Shown: piece after piece, positions 37,309 to 47,501 of the stretch | Position numbering within the stretch: position 1 is the stretch's first letter | Layout of the letters: each line of letters opens with the position of its first letter | DNA from: Saccostrea echinata | Lineage: Eukaryota | Direction of reading: 5' to 3' | NCBI RefSeq assembly: GCF_033153115.1 | Contig: NW_026889806.1 | Location: forward strand, 4,464,001 to 4,528,000 | DNA length: 64,000 bases | Translations under genes and position numbers: made by a program | The notes under the pieces: generated by a model | Databases searched by the model: none | Told to the model about the DNA's origin: nothing | Seen by the model: only the letters and a program-made list of their open reading frames with translations

Positions 37309-39006
37309 ATGGATGATTTAAATGAGTTGAAATCATTTGGGGAGAGCTTAGGTCTTCAAGCGTCAGACCTGACAAATTTTATTAAAGAGCAGCAAGCTAT
37401 ACAGAAAGATGAAAGACAAGCTCAGAGAGAGTTAGATAAGATCAAAATAAATTCTCAAGCTGAGGTTGAAAGAGAGAGACTAAGTTTTGAGTTAGAGAGA
37501 GAGAAAATGAGAAATGATATTGAGAGAATGAAACTAGAACAAAAGCCTATTTTGTCAGAAGAGGCAAAGGTTACAGTCGGTCATGTTTTTCCCAAAACAC
37601 CCAAACTCCCTTTCTTTGATGATTCTCATGATGAGATGGATAGCTTTCTCCTTAGATTTGAAAGATATGCTGAAGCTCAGCACTGGGATAAATCAAACTG
37701 GGCTATAAATCTTAGTGCATTGTTAAAGGGAAAGGCTTTAGATGTGTATGCGTTGATGCCCAAAACTGATGCCCTTGATTACAATACTCTTAAGACCGCT
37801 TTATTGAAACGGTTTGAATTGACCGATGATGGTTTTAAAAAGAAGTTTAGATCATGTAGGCCAGATCAATGTGAAACCTTTTCTCAATTTGCTGTTCGAC
37901 TGAGTAGTTACTTTGATAGGTGGGTTGAAATGGCAAAGGCAACCAAAACATATGAAGGTTTGTATGATCTTATGTTGCGAGATCAATTTCTGCATGTATG
38001 TAGTCAAGATTTGAGATTATTTTTGAAGGAGAGAATACCTGAGAGTTTAACGAGAATGGCAAATTTAGCTGACCAGTACAAAGATGCCCGCGACTTAAGT
38101 GCGCTTCAAGCTGCAGGTAAGGGTAAGATTTCTTTGTCAAAAAAGGTCGATCAGGTAAAGAAAGTGGATGTTGGTGAGAACAAGAGTTCATCTTTTGATA
38201 AGAAAAGATTCATACCCAAGTCAGAGCGTAAGTGCTTTAAATGTCACAAAGTTGGACATATTGCATCGGAGTGTAGGTCCAAAACAACTTTTAATAATGT
38301 GTCGCATGCTGTACAGGACGTTGGATCTTCTGAGCAAAAGGTATGTTTTGTTAGCACAATGCCCTCAGACTCTGTTATAGATTCCACTGCATCATCTTTT
38401 CCAACAACTACGTCATTTTCATCTTGCCAAAGGAGCTTAGCTTCTAGTATGCCGATATCTGCAGGATATGTTAACCATGTACCAGTGACAGTCTTGAGAG
38501 ATACTGGCTGCAGTGGAATTGTCATAAGGAGGAGCAAAATACCAGAGGAAGACCTAGTACAAGGTAGAAAACAGACTTGTGTTCTAGCAGATGGTTCCAA
38601 AATAATTGTTCCGATTGCAGAGGTTTCCATTAACACTCCCTTCCTGAAAGGACAGTATGAGGTATGGTGCATGGAGAATCCTGTGTACGACTTGATAGTT
38701 GGTAATGTCCCAGAGGCCAAGCCAGCGACTCAACCAGACCCAGATTGGCAGATAAATGCTGTTGAGACCCGACAACAGAAACGTAACAAGAGTAAACCAT
38801 ACGCTCAGCTTAAAGTGCCAGCCATCATATCTGAGGATCTTGATCCATTGAAAATTAGAAATGCACAAGAGCAGGATGTTTCTCTGAAAAAGGTACGTGA
38901 ATATGTTGAGAGCCACGTGACTCAGATGAAGAAGAATGGTAAGGTGAGTTGGTTTACGAAAAATGGACTTTTCTTTAGACAATATACCACTCATACTGGA
39001 GGATAA
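37309..39006 (+). CDS. Gag (SCAN-like capsid segment, CCHC knuckle) and aspartic protease
   Basis: Likely start MDDLNELK. Motifs MLRDQFLHVCSQDLRLFLKERIPES..LADQY, CFKCHKVGHIASEC and LRDTGCS. Ends at an in-frame TAA. Confidence 0.9.
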   Translation: MDDLNELKSFGESLGLQASDLTNFIKEQQAIQKDERQAQRELDKIKINSQAEVERERLSFELEREKMRNDIERMKLEQKPILSEEAKVTVGHVFPKTPKLPFFDDSHDEMDSFLLRFERYAEAQHWDKSNWAINLSALLKGKALDVYALMPKTDALDYNTLKTALLKRFELTDDGFKKKFRSCRPDQCETFSQFAVRLSSYFDRWVEMAKATKTYEGLYDLMLRDQFLHVCSQDLRLFLKERIPESLTRMANLADQYKDARDLSALQAAGKGKISLSKKVDQVKKVDVGENKSSSFDKKRFIPKSERKCFKCHKVGHIASECRSKTTFNNVSHAVQDVGSSEQKVCFVSTMPSDSVIDSTASSFPTTTSFSSCQRSLASSMPISAGYVNHVPVTVLRDTGCSGIVIRRSKIPEEDLVQGRKQTCVLADGSKIIVPIAEVSINTPFLKGQYEVWCMENPVYDLIVGNVPEAKPATQPDPDWQINAVETRQQKRNKSKPYAQLKVPAIISEDLDPLKIRNAQEQDVSLKKVREYVESHVTQMKKNGKVSWFTKNGLFFRQYTTHTGG

Positions 39007-41625
39007 GAAAAGGTGTATACCCAGTTGGTTGTTCCTGCAAAGTTTCGGGACCAGGTAATGAAACTAGCGCATGACTCTTTGTTAGCAGGTCATTTGGGGA
39101 CGCAGCGAACCTTAGCAAAAGTTACATCTGAATTCTTCTGGCCAGGGATGCAGAGTGAAGTGCGACGTTACTGTCAGTCGTGTGACATATGTCAACGCAC
39201 AGTTCACAAAGGTAAGGTACAGAAAGTGCCACTGGAGCGAATGCCACTCATAGATGAACCCTTCCAGAGAGTTGCCGTCGATCTTGTTGGACCACTTTAC
39301 CCAATAACAGACAAAGGTAACCGTTATATTTTGACTTTGGTAGATTATGCCACTCGCTATCCCGAAGCTATAGCTTTACCTAACATCGAGACAGAGAGAG
39401 TTGCAGAGGCACTTATGGACATGTTCTCGAGGATTGGTGTGCCCCGTGAGATGTTGACAGACATGGGAACACAATTTACTTCTTCCCTTATGTCAGAGGT
39501 GAGTCGACTTATTTCTCTTCGTCAATGGACAACAACACCATATCATCCGAGTTGCAATGGGTTGGTAGAACGATTCAACGGAACTCTGAAACAAATGTTG
39601 AAGCGACTTTGTTCTGAGAAACCTAAAGATTGGGATAAGTACCTGAGTGCAGTTTTGTTCGCCTATAGAGAAGTTCCACAGGAGAGTCTTGGATTTTCTC
39701 CGTTCGAGCTTGTATATGGCAGATCAGTTCGTGGACCAATTTCTATCCTGAAAGAGTTATGGACCAAGGATATTCCAGATCCCAACGTAAAGACTACATA
39801 TCAATACGTCCTGGATCTCAAAGACAGACTTCAATCTATGGCAGACTTAGCAAAGGAGAGTTTAGAAAAGTCGTCTACCAGGTATAAGAAAAACTATGAC
39901 AAGAAAACGAGACATAGAAGTCTAAAGGTAGGAGAGAAAGCATTAGTTCTATTGCCAACTGACAACAATAAGTTATTGCTTCAGTGGAAGGGACCTTTTG
40001 TGGTGACTAACAAGGTAAACAGAGTAGATTACCAATTGGATGTTCAAGGTAAGAAGAAAACGTTCCACATAAATCTATTAAAGAGGTATGTTGAGAGAAC
40101 TTCTGATATTGTTTCGATGACGTGTGATGCAGGTGTACTTGGTTTGGTTAACGCATCAGTGGTTGATTGTGTAGATGACGAAGACCAAGAAGGCCAGTTA
40201 GACGTGTATCCTCAATCAAAGGTTAGTGGAAGTAATGTTAATATAAACCCTTCATTATCAACAGAGAACAGGGACAAGTTGTTGAAATTGTTGGGTCAGT
40301 ACAGTGATGTTTTCCAAGACAAGCCAGGTCTCACAAATGTCCTTGAACACGACATAAGAATGGCAAGTACAAAACCCATTCATGTAAAAAGTCGTCAAAT
40401 ACCGTATTCTATGGAGGAGACAGTCAACAGAGAGGTAAGTGACATGTTAAGTATGAACATTATTGAACCCTCCGACTCTCCGTATTGTTCACCCATCGTT
40501 ATAGTGCCCAAGAAAGATGGAACAAATAGGTTTTGTATAGATTTTCGTCTGTTGAACAACCAGACTATATTTGATTCTGAACCAATGCCTGACACTGACG
40601 AAATGTTTTCCAAACTTGCAGGTCACAAATTCTTTTCAAAAATCGATCTTTCAAAAGGTTATTGGCAGGTAAAATTAACAGATGAAGCAAAACCAAAAAC
40701 AGCTTTCAAAACGGGGAAAGGATTGTTCCAGTTTAGGGTGATGCCCTTCGGGTTGGTAACGGCTCCCGCTACTTTCTCAAGGTTGATGCGCAAGGTCTTG
40801 CATGGTATGGAGAATGTAGACAATTTTATAGACGATATTTTGGTCTACACAAGGTCATTAGAACATCATTTTATTGTTTTGAATGAGCTTTTTCAGCGAT
40901 TACGCCAAGCAGGTTTGACAGCCAAGCCTAGTAAATGTTCATTGGCTTATTCAAACATAGACTGCCTTGGACACATTGTGGGTAATGAGCAGTTGAAACC
41001 AGACTTAGACAAGGTTGATGCAATACGTAATGCACCTGTCCCGCTTACCAAAAAGCAATTAAGGTCATTCCTTGGTTTAATCGGGTTTTACCGTAAATTT
41101 GTGCCAAACTTTGCCCAGATTGCTTCACCTCTTACTGATTTGACTAGAAAAGGTTCTCCTACTAAGCTTCTTTGGGAAGAATCTCATAATTTAGCATTTC
41201 AGACGTTGAAGAGTTCACTTACAAAGTGCCCCATTCTGAAACTCCCCAACATCAATGATACATTCATTCTACAGACAGACGCTTCAGACAGAGGTCTGGG
41301 AGCAGTTCTATTACAATGGGAACAAGGTCAAAAACTACCAATTGCGTATGCTAGTAGGAAGCTTAAAGAGAGTGAGTGCAAGTATGCAACAGTTGAGAAA
41401 GAGTGCCTAGCAATTGTGTGGGCTATTCAAAAATTCCAAAACTATTTGTATGGGCAAGAGTTTGTGTTAGAAACGGACCATAGTCCCCTTGTATATCTGA
41501 ACAAGTCTAAGGTAACAAACCCAAGACTTATGCGTTGGGCACTTAGCCTTCAACCTTACAGGTTCAGAATTCAGGCCATTAAGGGCCAAGACAATGTTGG
41601 TGCTGACTACTTAAGTCGTTTGTAA
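39007..41625 (+). CDS. Pol: integrase (HHCC, DDE, GPF), then reverse transcriptase and RNase H
   Basis: HDSLLAGH..CQSCDIC, VAVDL/LTDMG/GLVERFN, WKGPF; IDLSKGYWQ, MPFGL, FIDD; QTDASD, EKE, TDH, ADYLSR. Same frame as the upstream ORF. Confidence 0.93.
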   Translation, partial: EKVYTQLVVPAKFRDQVMKLAHDSLLAGHLGTQRTLAKVTSEFFWPGMQSEVRRYCQSCDICQRTVHKGKVQKVPLERMPLIDEPFQRVAVDLVGPLYPITDKGNRYILTLVDYATRYPEAIALPNIETERVAEALMDMFSRIGVPREMLTDMGTQFTSSLMSEVSRLISLRQWTTTPYHPSCNGLVERFNGTLKQMLKRLCSEKPKDWDKYLSAVLFAYREVPQESLGFSPFELVYGRSVRGPISILKELWTKDIPDPNVKTTYQYVLDLKDRLQSMADLAKESLEKSSTRYKKNYDKKTRHRSLKVGEKALVLLPTDNNKLLLQWKGPFVVTNKVNRVDYQLDVQGKKKTFHINLLKRYVERTSDIVSMTCDAGVLGLVNASVVDCVDDEDQEGQLDVYPQSKVSGSNVNINPSLSTENRDKLLKLLGQYSDVFQDKPGLTNVLEHDIRMASTKPIHVKSRQIPYSMEETVNREVSDMLSMNIIEPSDSPYCSPIVIVPKKDGTNRFCIDFRLLNNQTIFDSEPMPDTDEMFSKLAGHKFFSKIDLSKGYWQVKLTDEAKPKTAFKTGKGLFQFRVMPFGLVTAPATFSRLMRKVLHGMENVDNFIDDILVYTRSLEHHFIVLNELFQRLRQAGLTAKPSKCSLAYSNIDCLGHIVGNEQLKPDLDKVDAIRNAPVPLTKKQLRSFLGLIGFYRKFVPNFAQIASPLTDLTRKGSPTKLLWEESHNLAFQTLKSSLTKCPILKLPNINDTFILQTDASDRGLGAVLLQWEQGQKLPIAYASRKLKESECKYATVEKECLAIVWAIQKFQNYLYGQEFVLETDHSPLVYLNKSKVTNPRLMRWALSLQPYRFRIQAIKGQDNVGADYLSRL

Positions 41626-41730
41626 ATAAGTTATCTTCAGAGTATTCAGTGTTTTATCAATCAGATGTTCTTTTCGTGTATTTTAATGTGTATATAAAGT
41701 ACTGCATACTTCTTTAAAAAGGGAGGTAAT

Positions 41731-42709
41731 TGTCACATTAAAATCATCCTATCATACTTTTGGTAATGTATTTTAAATTTCATGTAAATATCCCGTGGGG
41801 AACCCCTTCGTTTTAAATGTGTTATTACTGTACATATCCTTCACTGAACCTCAGTTCACTGGACCTTAAAACCCGCCAGTCCGTGCAAGTTAGTTTGGAC
41901 ACGGCAGTCCAGAGAGGAGGACGCTTTTACCCCTCTCAGATATGTTTTATAACTTTTGTAACCAGCATTGATAGTTACACCGAGTACCAGTTGTTTTGCA
42001 GGGCTTACTTTGTATTTTTTTTGTGTGCAATGGTCCAGCTTTTCTGAGGTAAGGTTTATGTTTATCATTTTATCTTAGTTATTTTCTTGTATCATTAATT
42101 TGTCCTAAAACACCCAGTCACCGCATTTCTCATCAGTTTTAGCATGTATATTTTGTTTAATGTGATTACTATATATAGCAACAGCTATTTGAATATTTAT
42201 AAGTATGGTGTAAAATTTCCGTCATAATTATTTGTCCTTAAAGTAGCAATTCGTAATATTGCATTTGTGTATGGGTTGTATGTATAGTTTAAACATATCA
42301 TGTGTGTTTAATTAAGTCTTATCTAAGACGTGTACATTATCTGTAAATCTGATAATGAGTAAAGTATGTATTTGTGTTAAGCCACAAGAGCTTATTAGTA
42401 AAACTTGTATGTGTATGTTGGTGCAGGTTCCATCCATCCATAGTAAATGTAGAGACTGTATGGAGAGGCCACCAGGTGCCTTCAGTGTGTCCGCCCTCCC
42501 ATAATGATGTGTAATAGAGAGGCCCTAGAGATCTTCCTCTAGCCGGTGGAGTGGAAGGCGCGGAAGGACAAAAACCCATTATAGGACAAACAACGGATAT
42601 TGTATATTTGTACATTTATTGTAATTAAATATGTAAATTATCTGGACAAAAGCATTTGAGTTATATTTAAATTTAGTAAAGAAGTGAATCCGCTCGACTA
42701 TCTGTGACA
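41731..42709 (+). repeat. Gypsy 3' LTR
   Basis: Direct repeat of 35845-36823, preceded by AAAAAGGGAGG. Confidence 0.97.
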
Positions 42710-42734
42710 GTAACATATTTGTATGTTCTGTATC

Positions 42735-45106
42735 TTATTCTCTAGAACAAACAACACAGGTGAGCTCCCATCCGTCATTGTAAGGAGGACACTTAAGGCT
42801 GCCACACCTGGCTTCCACTGGGTAGAAGAGTTTGCCAAAGTGGGTTTGAGTCCCCCCGTTTCGATATTGGGGATCTTTGTCGATGCAGGAGTAGGTGGAG
42901 GCAGCCCGGTGGCCGTGGTATCCTGACATTAAATATCCTCCATACTCTTTTTTCCAGCCATCGTAACACTGTGTTCTCGCTTGAAAAGAAATATAAAATA
43001 ACAAATACTGTTCGCCGACATAAAAAAAAAAACAAGCAGAAGTTTCTGCTGAGACTGTAGCCCTGCTGGTTCACAAAGGATTTTACATATATCATTTAAG
43101 GAGATGGGCGAACATAGCGTGCAGAAAGCCTATAGCTTCAGAAATATAAAAATCATGTTCAGTTGGTGAATTTAGTATTTAGAGTAAAGTTCTCATTATT
43201 GAAGTTTATGAAATTGCGATAAACAAAACTTTTCTGAGGAAAATTTTCTCGGCAAAATTTATTCTTTTATTTAAAAAAAAATTAATGTGGTATCCGTTGG
43301 GTTCGAACCCTAGCAATAAAAATCCTGAGAATCATTTTCTTTCGAGACTAGCACGCTAACCACTAGACTAAACTTAAATCATGTTTGTGATATGACCCTT
43401 GACTTAATGGACTTCAAGTATTTCTCGAAAAGATGCGAATGTTATGTCATAAAAGATTATTTTTAAGGTATAGTGGGTCATTGCTCCATATTTTTGGTAA
43501 CCAAAAAATGTATATTTTTATGCAAACTTTGAGGATTAACTTTCAAAAAGGTGGAGCGAAGACCCACTCATATCGAAAAATAGTGTTATAGTATGAGACT
43601 CTTTTTGCCCGCTTTAGTGTGTGTCTAATATTTCACAGGCAAATAATTTCAATCTTTGAGGGATTTTTGCAAATTGTAGAGATTTTACATAAAGTATATT
43701 TTAATGTTAGACGAAATATCAAGGAAAATTTTGATATAATTGAAGTTTAATTTTTCATCTTGATGTTTGTCACACTATAGGCTTATCGCTCGTCATGTTC
43801 ACCCATCTCCTTTAGTGCTGAGCAAATCGCTTTATGGGTTATGAAGCTATTACCTTATTAGTAGTTTTATCTCAGAGAAAGACATTGGAAAATGTGAATA
43901 TTATATGCGTGTTCGCTATAAGCGTCAATTCATTATATGCGTGTTCGCTATAAGCGTTAATTCATTGTATGCGTGTCCGCTATAAGTGTGTTTTACTGTA
44001 GATAAGAAGAAAGTATCTCATATTGGGAAGATATATACCTTCAATAAAATGGATTGAGGTCTGTTAATTGGATAATAATAACACAAGTAAATTCAAAGAA
44101 TTGTGGTCTCCCGCTTTCGATATCATAGTTGATGGGATGAAATTATTTATGGCATATTGTAACATTCTTAAATGTGCGTCCTCTCTTGTCTGTCCATCAA
44201 GTTACGCAATGATTACTTAAGTTTCAATATTGCATCAAACTTCAAGATTTTGAGTTCAAATATTGTAATAAAATTTAAAAGGTCTTGTCCAAAGTAATGC
44301 AATGTGAAGAAAATATTAAAGCCCTGTCTCTTTTAGAGCAAAAGCTACGGACAAAGTTTAAATTTCTGATAATTAGGTCAAAATTCTAGGTCAAGGTCAA
44401 GAAGTAAAAAAAGATGGGTTTTTTTTTCTGAAAAGTGTTGTAACAGGTAATGCACATGTCAAATATATATGCCCTGTCTTCTCTCATTCAAAAGTTATCA
44501 TCAGTGTTTGATTTTTAACAAGTGCTTCAAACTTCAAGTTCAAGGTCAACAGATCAAAACTCATAGTACATTTGAAAAGTTCTTGTAACAAGTAATGCAC
44601 ACGTCAAATATGAACGCCCTATCTTCTCTTATTCAAAAGTTATCACCGATGTTAAAATTTCTGAGTAAGTAAAACTTTCAGGTCAAGGTCACATTTCCGA
44701 ATGTACAGTGGTTTTTGACAAAAACAAATTACTGAATATTATTTTTTACACATTTGCAAATTAACATTAATTGTTTTTATTAATTGCTTATACCCATTGA
44801 TCAATGCAAATTGTAGATAGACTAGTACAAAAATGTTTTTTGAATTACCTGGGATAACTACGACGGATGACCTGCTGACAGTCTCGCAAACAGCACATGG
44901 TACATCGTGACCACGCATGTGAGAAAATATGCCTCTATTACGAATATAATATTCAGCTCCATAGACATACCCTCTATGTTCATCCAGCCCACTATCGGTG
45001 TGTCTCCACTGTGGGTCTTTTGGTAAACAAAGTGGTTCTACTGCACCACCTGGATGTTCATACCAAGTTCCCCCCGCATATCCTGAAAAAAAGAACCCCT
45101 AAAGGT

Positions 45107-45140
<34 letters not shown>

Positions 45141-47501
45141 CTATTAAAAATATTCAAAATACTTCAATTCATTCGGCTGTTTGTACACGTTGAAGGCTTT
45201 GAAGCAATGTGACCTTCATCAGGTCCGTAGGAAGCAATTTCACTGTCGGGGTGCGCAATCAAACGTTTTCAGTTGTTTTTTTTTTTTCGGGGGGGGGGGG
45301 GGCTACGAAGCAAAGTTCCTTGGCAATCCAAAAAAAAGTTATTAGGGAGTCAACAGCCGTTATTATTGAGGGGCAATAAAGTAGCTTTGTTTTCTATCGT
45401 ATACTAAAAATTGGCAAAATTATTGGGGGCACGCACCCCCCCCCTCCCCCCGTTCCTACTGCCATGTCCATCTGGCTGCAAGAAATGCCATAATTCCGCC
45501 AAAAATCAATGAAGCGGAACGAAATGCAAACTTGATCTATAACTAATCAAGGTTAAGTCACATACCAAAAATCTGCTTAATATATGCAAGCATTTAGAAG
45601 AAAATCGTGGAAAATCCTTAAAAATTGAAAAGGCCGTAATTCCCTCAAAAATCAATGAAGCGGAACGAAATGCAAACCTTGATCTGTAACTCATCAAGAT
45701 ACACTCACATACCAAAAATCAGCTCAATATCTGCAAGCGTTTAGGAAAAAAAGTGCGAAAAACCAAGTGGGACAGACTGACAAACAGACAGATAGACGGA
45801 CAGCTAGACAGACGGACGGACAGACTCAGAGGAAACCTATAGTCCCCTCCGGTTTCATCGGTAGGGGACTAATAAAAAGCATGTGGTTTTCTGTGATTAG
45901 GAGTTCTTAAATAAATTTTTGAACTGTTAAAAGATAAAATTAAATACTTCTACTTTTATTGTGATAACTGTATGTTGCATTACTTAATGAATGACCCTCG
46001 TATCTGTGGATATTCCAAAGTGTCATCGTTCTCTACTTGCACAATTTAGATGTGGTGTGTTACCTAATAGAATAAAAACAGGACGGTATAAGGGGGAGGC
46101 TTTATCTGACAGACTCTGTACTCTATGTTCTTCAAATAGTGTAGAAGATGAATGCCACTTTTTGCTTCATTGTACATCATATTCAAATTTTAGAACAATC
46201 TTTTTTTTTTTACCACTATTGGATTTAAACCAACTTCATTTAATGTCAGATTTAGACAAAACCAAATTTCATTTAGTAAATTTCCCAAGACAAATCGGAA
46301 AATTCATATACTCAGCATATACTTACAGACAGTCTATTATTTATAATAAACGCAATGCGTAATATCACTGTATTCTTATTGAATGTTATACAATGTTAAA
46401 AGTGACATATACGTATAGGCCCGATGGGCCGGGTGTTTAAATTCCTAATATTATAAGTATATTTGTTGACAGTTGTTGTAATCGTACATAACTATAATAA
46501 ACCATTTACTTACTAACTTACTGTACTGTCTGTGTCTAACACGCTTGAGTAAAGAAATAAAACATCCGGATTGACCAGCTGCAGAATGTGTTCTAAGAGC
46601 TCGTGATACGAGTGGCTTCATGGATAGTGTTTGTCAGATTGTATCGTAGAAGGATTTCATTTACAATGTCTGTTCTATGATTATTAAAGAAGTCGACATT
46701 AACACTGATTAAGGTCTCACCTTAAACTATTTTAGTGGAAATATCAGAAGCCTTTTCTATAGATCACAAGGTTATTCCAAAAGGATTTGTCACTGTTTGG
46801 TGGCCTGGGCGGCATACACAACGAAGTAAAAAGTAACATGTTCTAACCAGATGGCTTGAAGAGATTCAGAAATATAAACAAGAAATTCTCCATAATAATT
46901 CCTGTCTCTCCCAAAAATTGTGTAAAAGCCCTCACTTGAAATATAACAATTATTTATACTACCGTCTAAATGTGTTTCTGTGAAGCATAAAATATCCGGT
47001 AACAAACCTTGTCAAACTTTCAATTTTGTTTCTAATATAATGCTCCTGTGAAAAATATCTTAACTATGAATAGAAACACAATTCGGACCGAGATTAGTTT
47101 CGATCTCGCCAGACAATAAAAATAGTAAATGAAAGACTTGGAAGCAGAAAGAAATGAACATGATCAAACCTTTCATACCCTTGTTAGTTATACATTTAAA
47201 CATTTGCAAATAAATGTTTGTACACATAAAATAAAAACGAAAGTTAATTACTTAGATATTTCCATTTCTAGAAAATATTAATGTTTCTAGGATTCGCTTA
47301 TAAGTCACTTATAAGTCCAACTTACAGACAAGTTTATATACGGTTTTTAATTAAAGCCAACGAAATAATACCTGAATATATTAATTCTGCACTCTCCGGA
47401 CAATCTTTTCTGCCCCAGCGAGTATACACAGCTCCCCCTGGCGAGCCACTCTCAGCCTCTAGAATAATTGCTACCGATACCATTAGGGCTAGACAGATCA
47501 T
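42735..47501 (-). CDS. Secreted short-chain collagen C4-like (NC1-related) protein, about 202 aa; exons 47372-47501, 44849-45082, 42735-42979
   Basis: Hydrophobic signal peptide, then GGAVYTRWGRKDCP..LIYSGYAGG..GGAVEPLCLPKDP..VYGAEY..DVPCAVC..IPARTQCYDGWKKEYGGYLMSG..YSCIDKDP..LFYPVEARCGSLKCPPY..ELTCVVCS. Splice phases are consistent. Confidence 0.88.
43100..43810. mobile_element. Kolobok-like non-autonomous DNA transposon in C4-like gene intron
   Basis: TIR GGAGATGGGCGAACAT / ATGTTCACCCATCTCC flanked by TTAA and TTTA. Confidence 0.7.
45480..45878 (-). mobile_element. HINE/Helentron-like fragment
   Basis: Two ~145-bp repeats, a (GACA/GACG)n tract and the terminal hairpin AGTCCCCT..AGGGGACT. 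Confidence 0.7.
45960..46522 (+). mobile_element. 3' end of CR1/L2-group LINE
   Basis: ORF2 C-terminus RSLLAQFRCG..IKTGRY..RLCTLC..VEDECHFLLHC, followed by AATAAA and a (TTAC)n tail. Confidence 0.8.
46525..47140 (-). mobile_element. Decayed CR1-group LINE endonuclease fragment
   Basis: DILCFTETHLD..GFYTIFGRDRN..VYI and VDFF remnants of an APE domain. Confidence 0.65.

Larger units (their letters stand above)
35845..42709 (+). mobile_element. Full-length Ty3/Gypsy LTR retrotransposon, Gmr1-like (gag-PR-IN-RT-RH)
   Basis: 979-bp LTRs TGTCACA..TGTGACA. TSD GTAAC at 35840-35844 and 42710-42714. PBS at 36827-36844 and PPT at about 41716-41726. Confidence 0.97.

Noticed and set aside
43260-43380. 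tRNA-like boxes (GGGTTCGAACCC, GCTAACCACT)
   Set aside because: They are fragmentary, form no cloverleaf and lie inside the Kolobok-like element.
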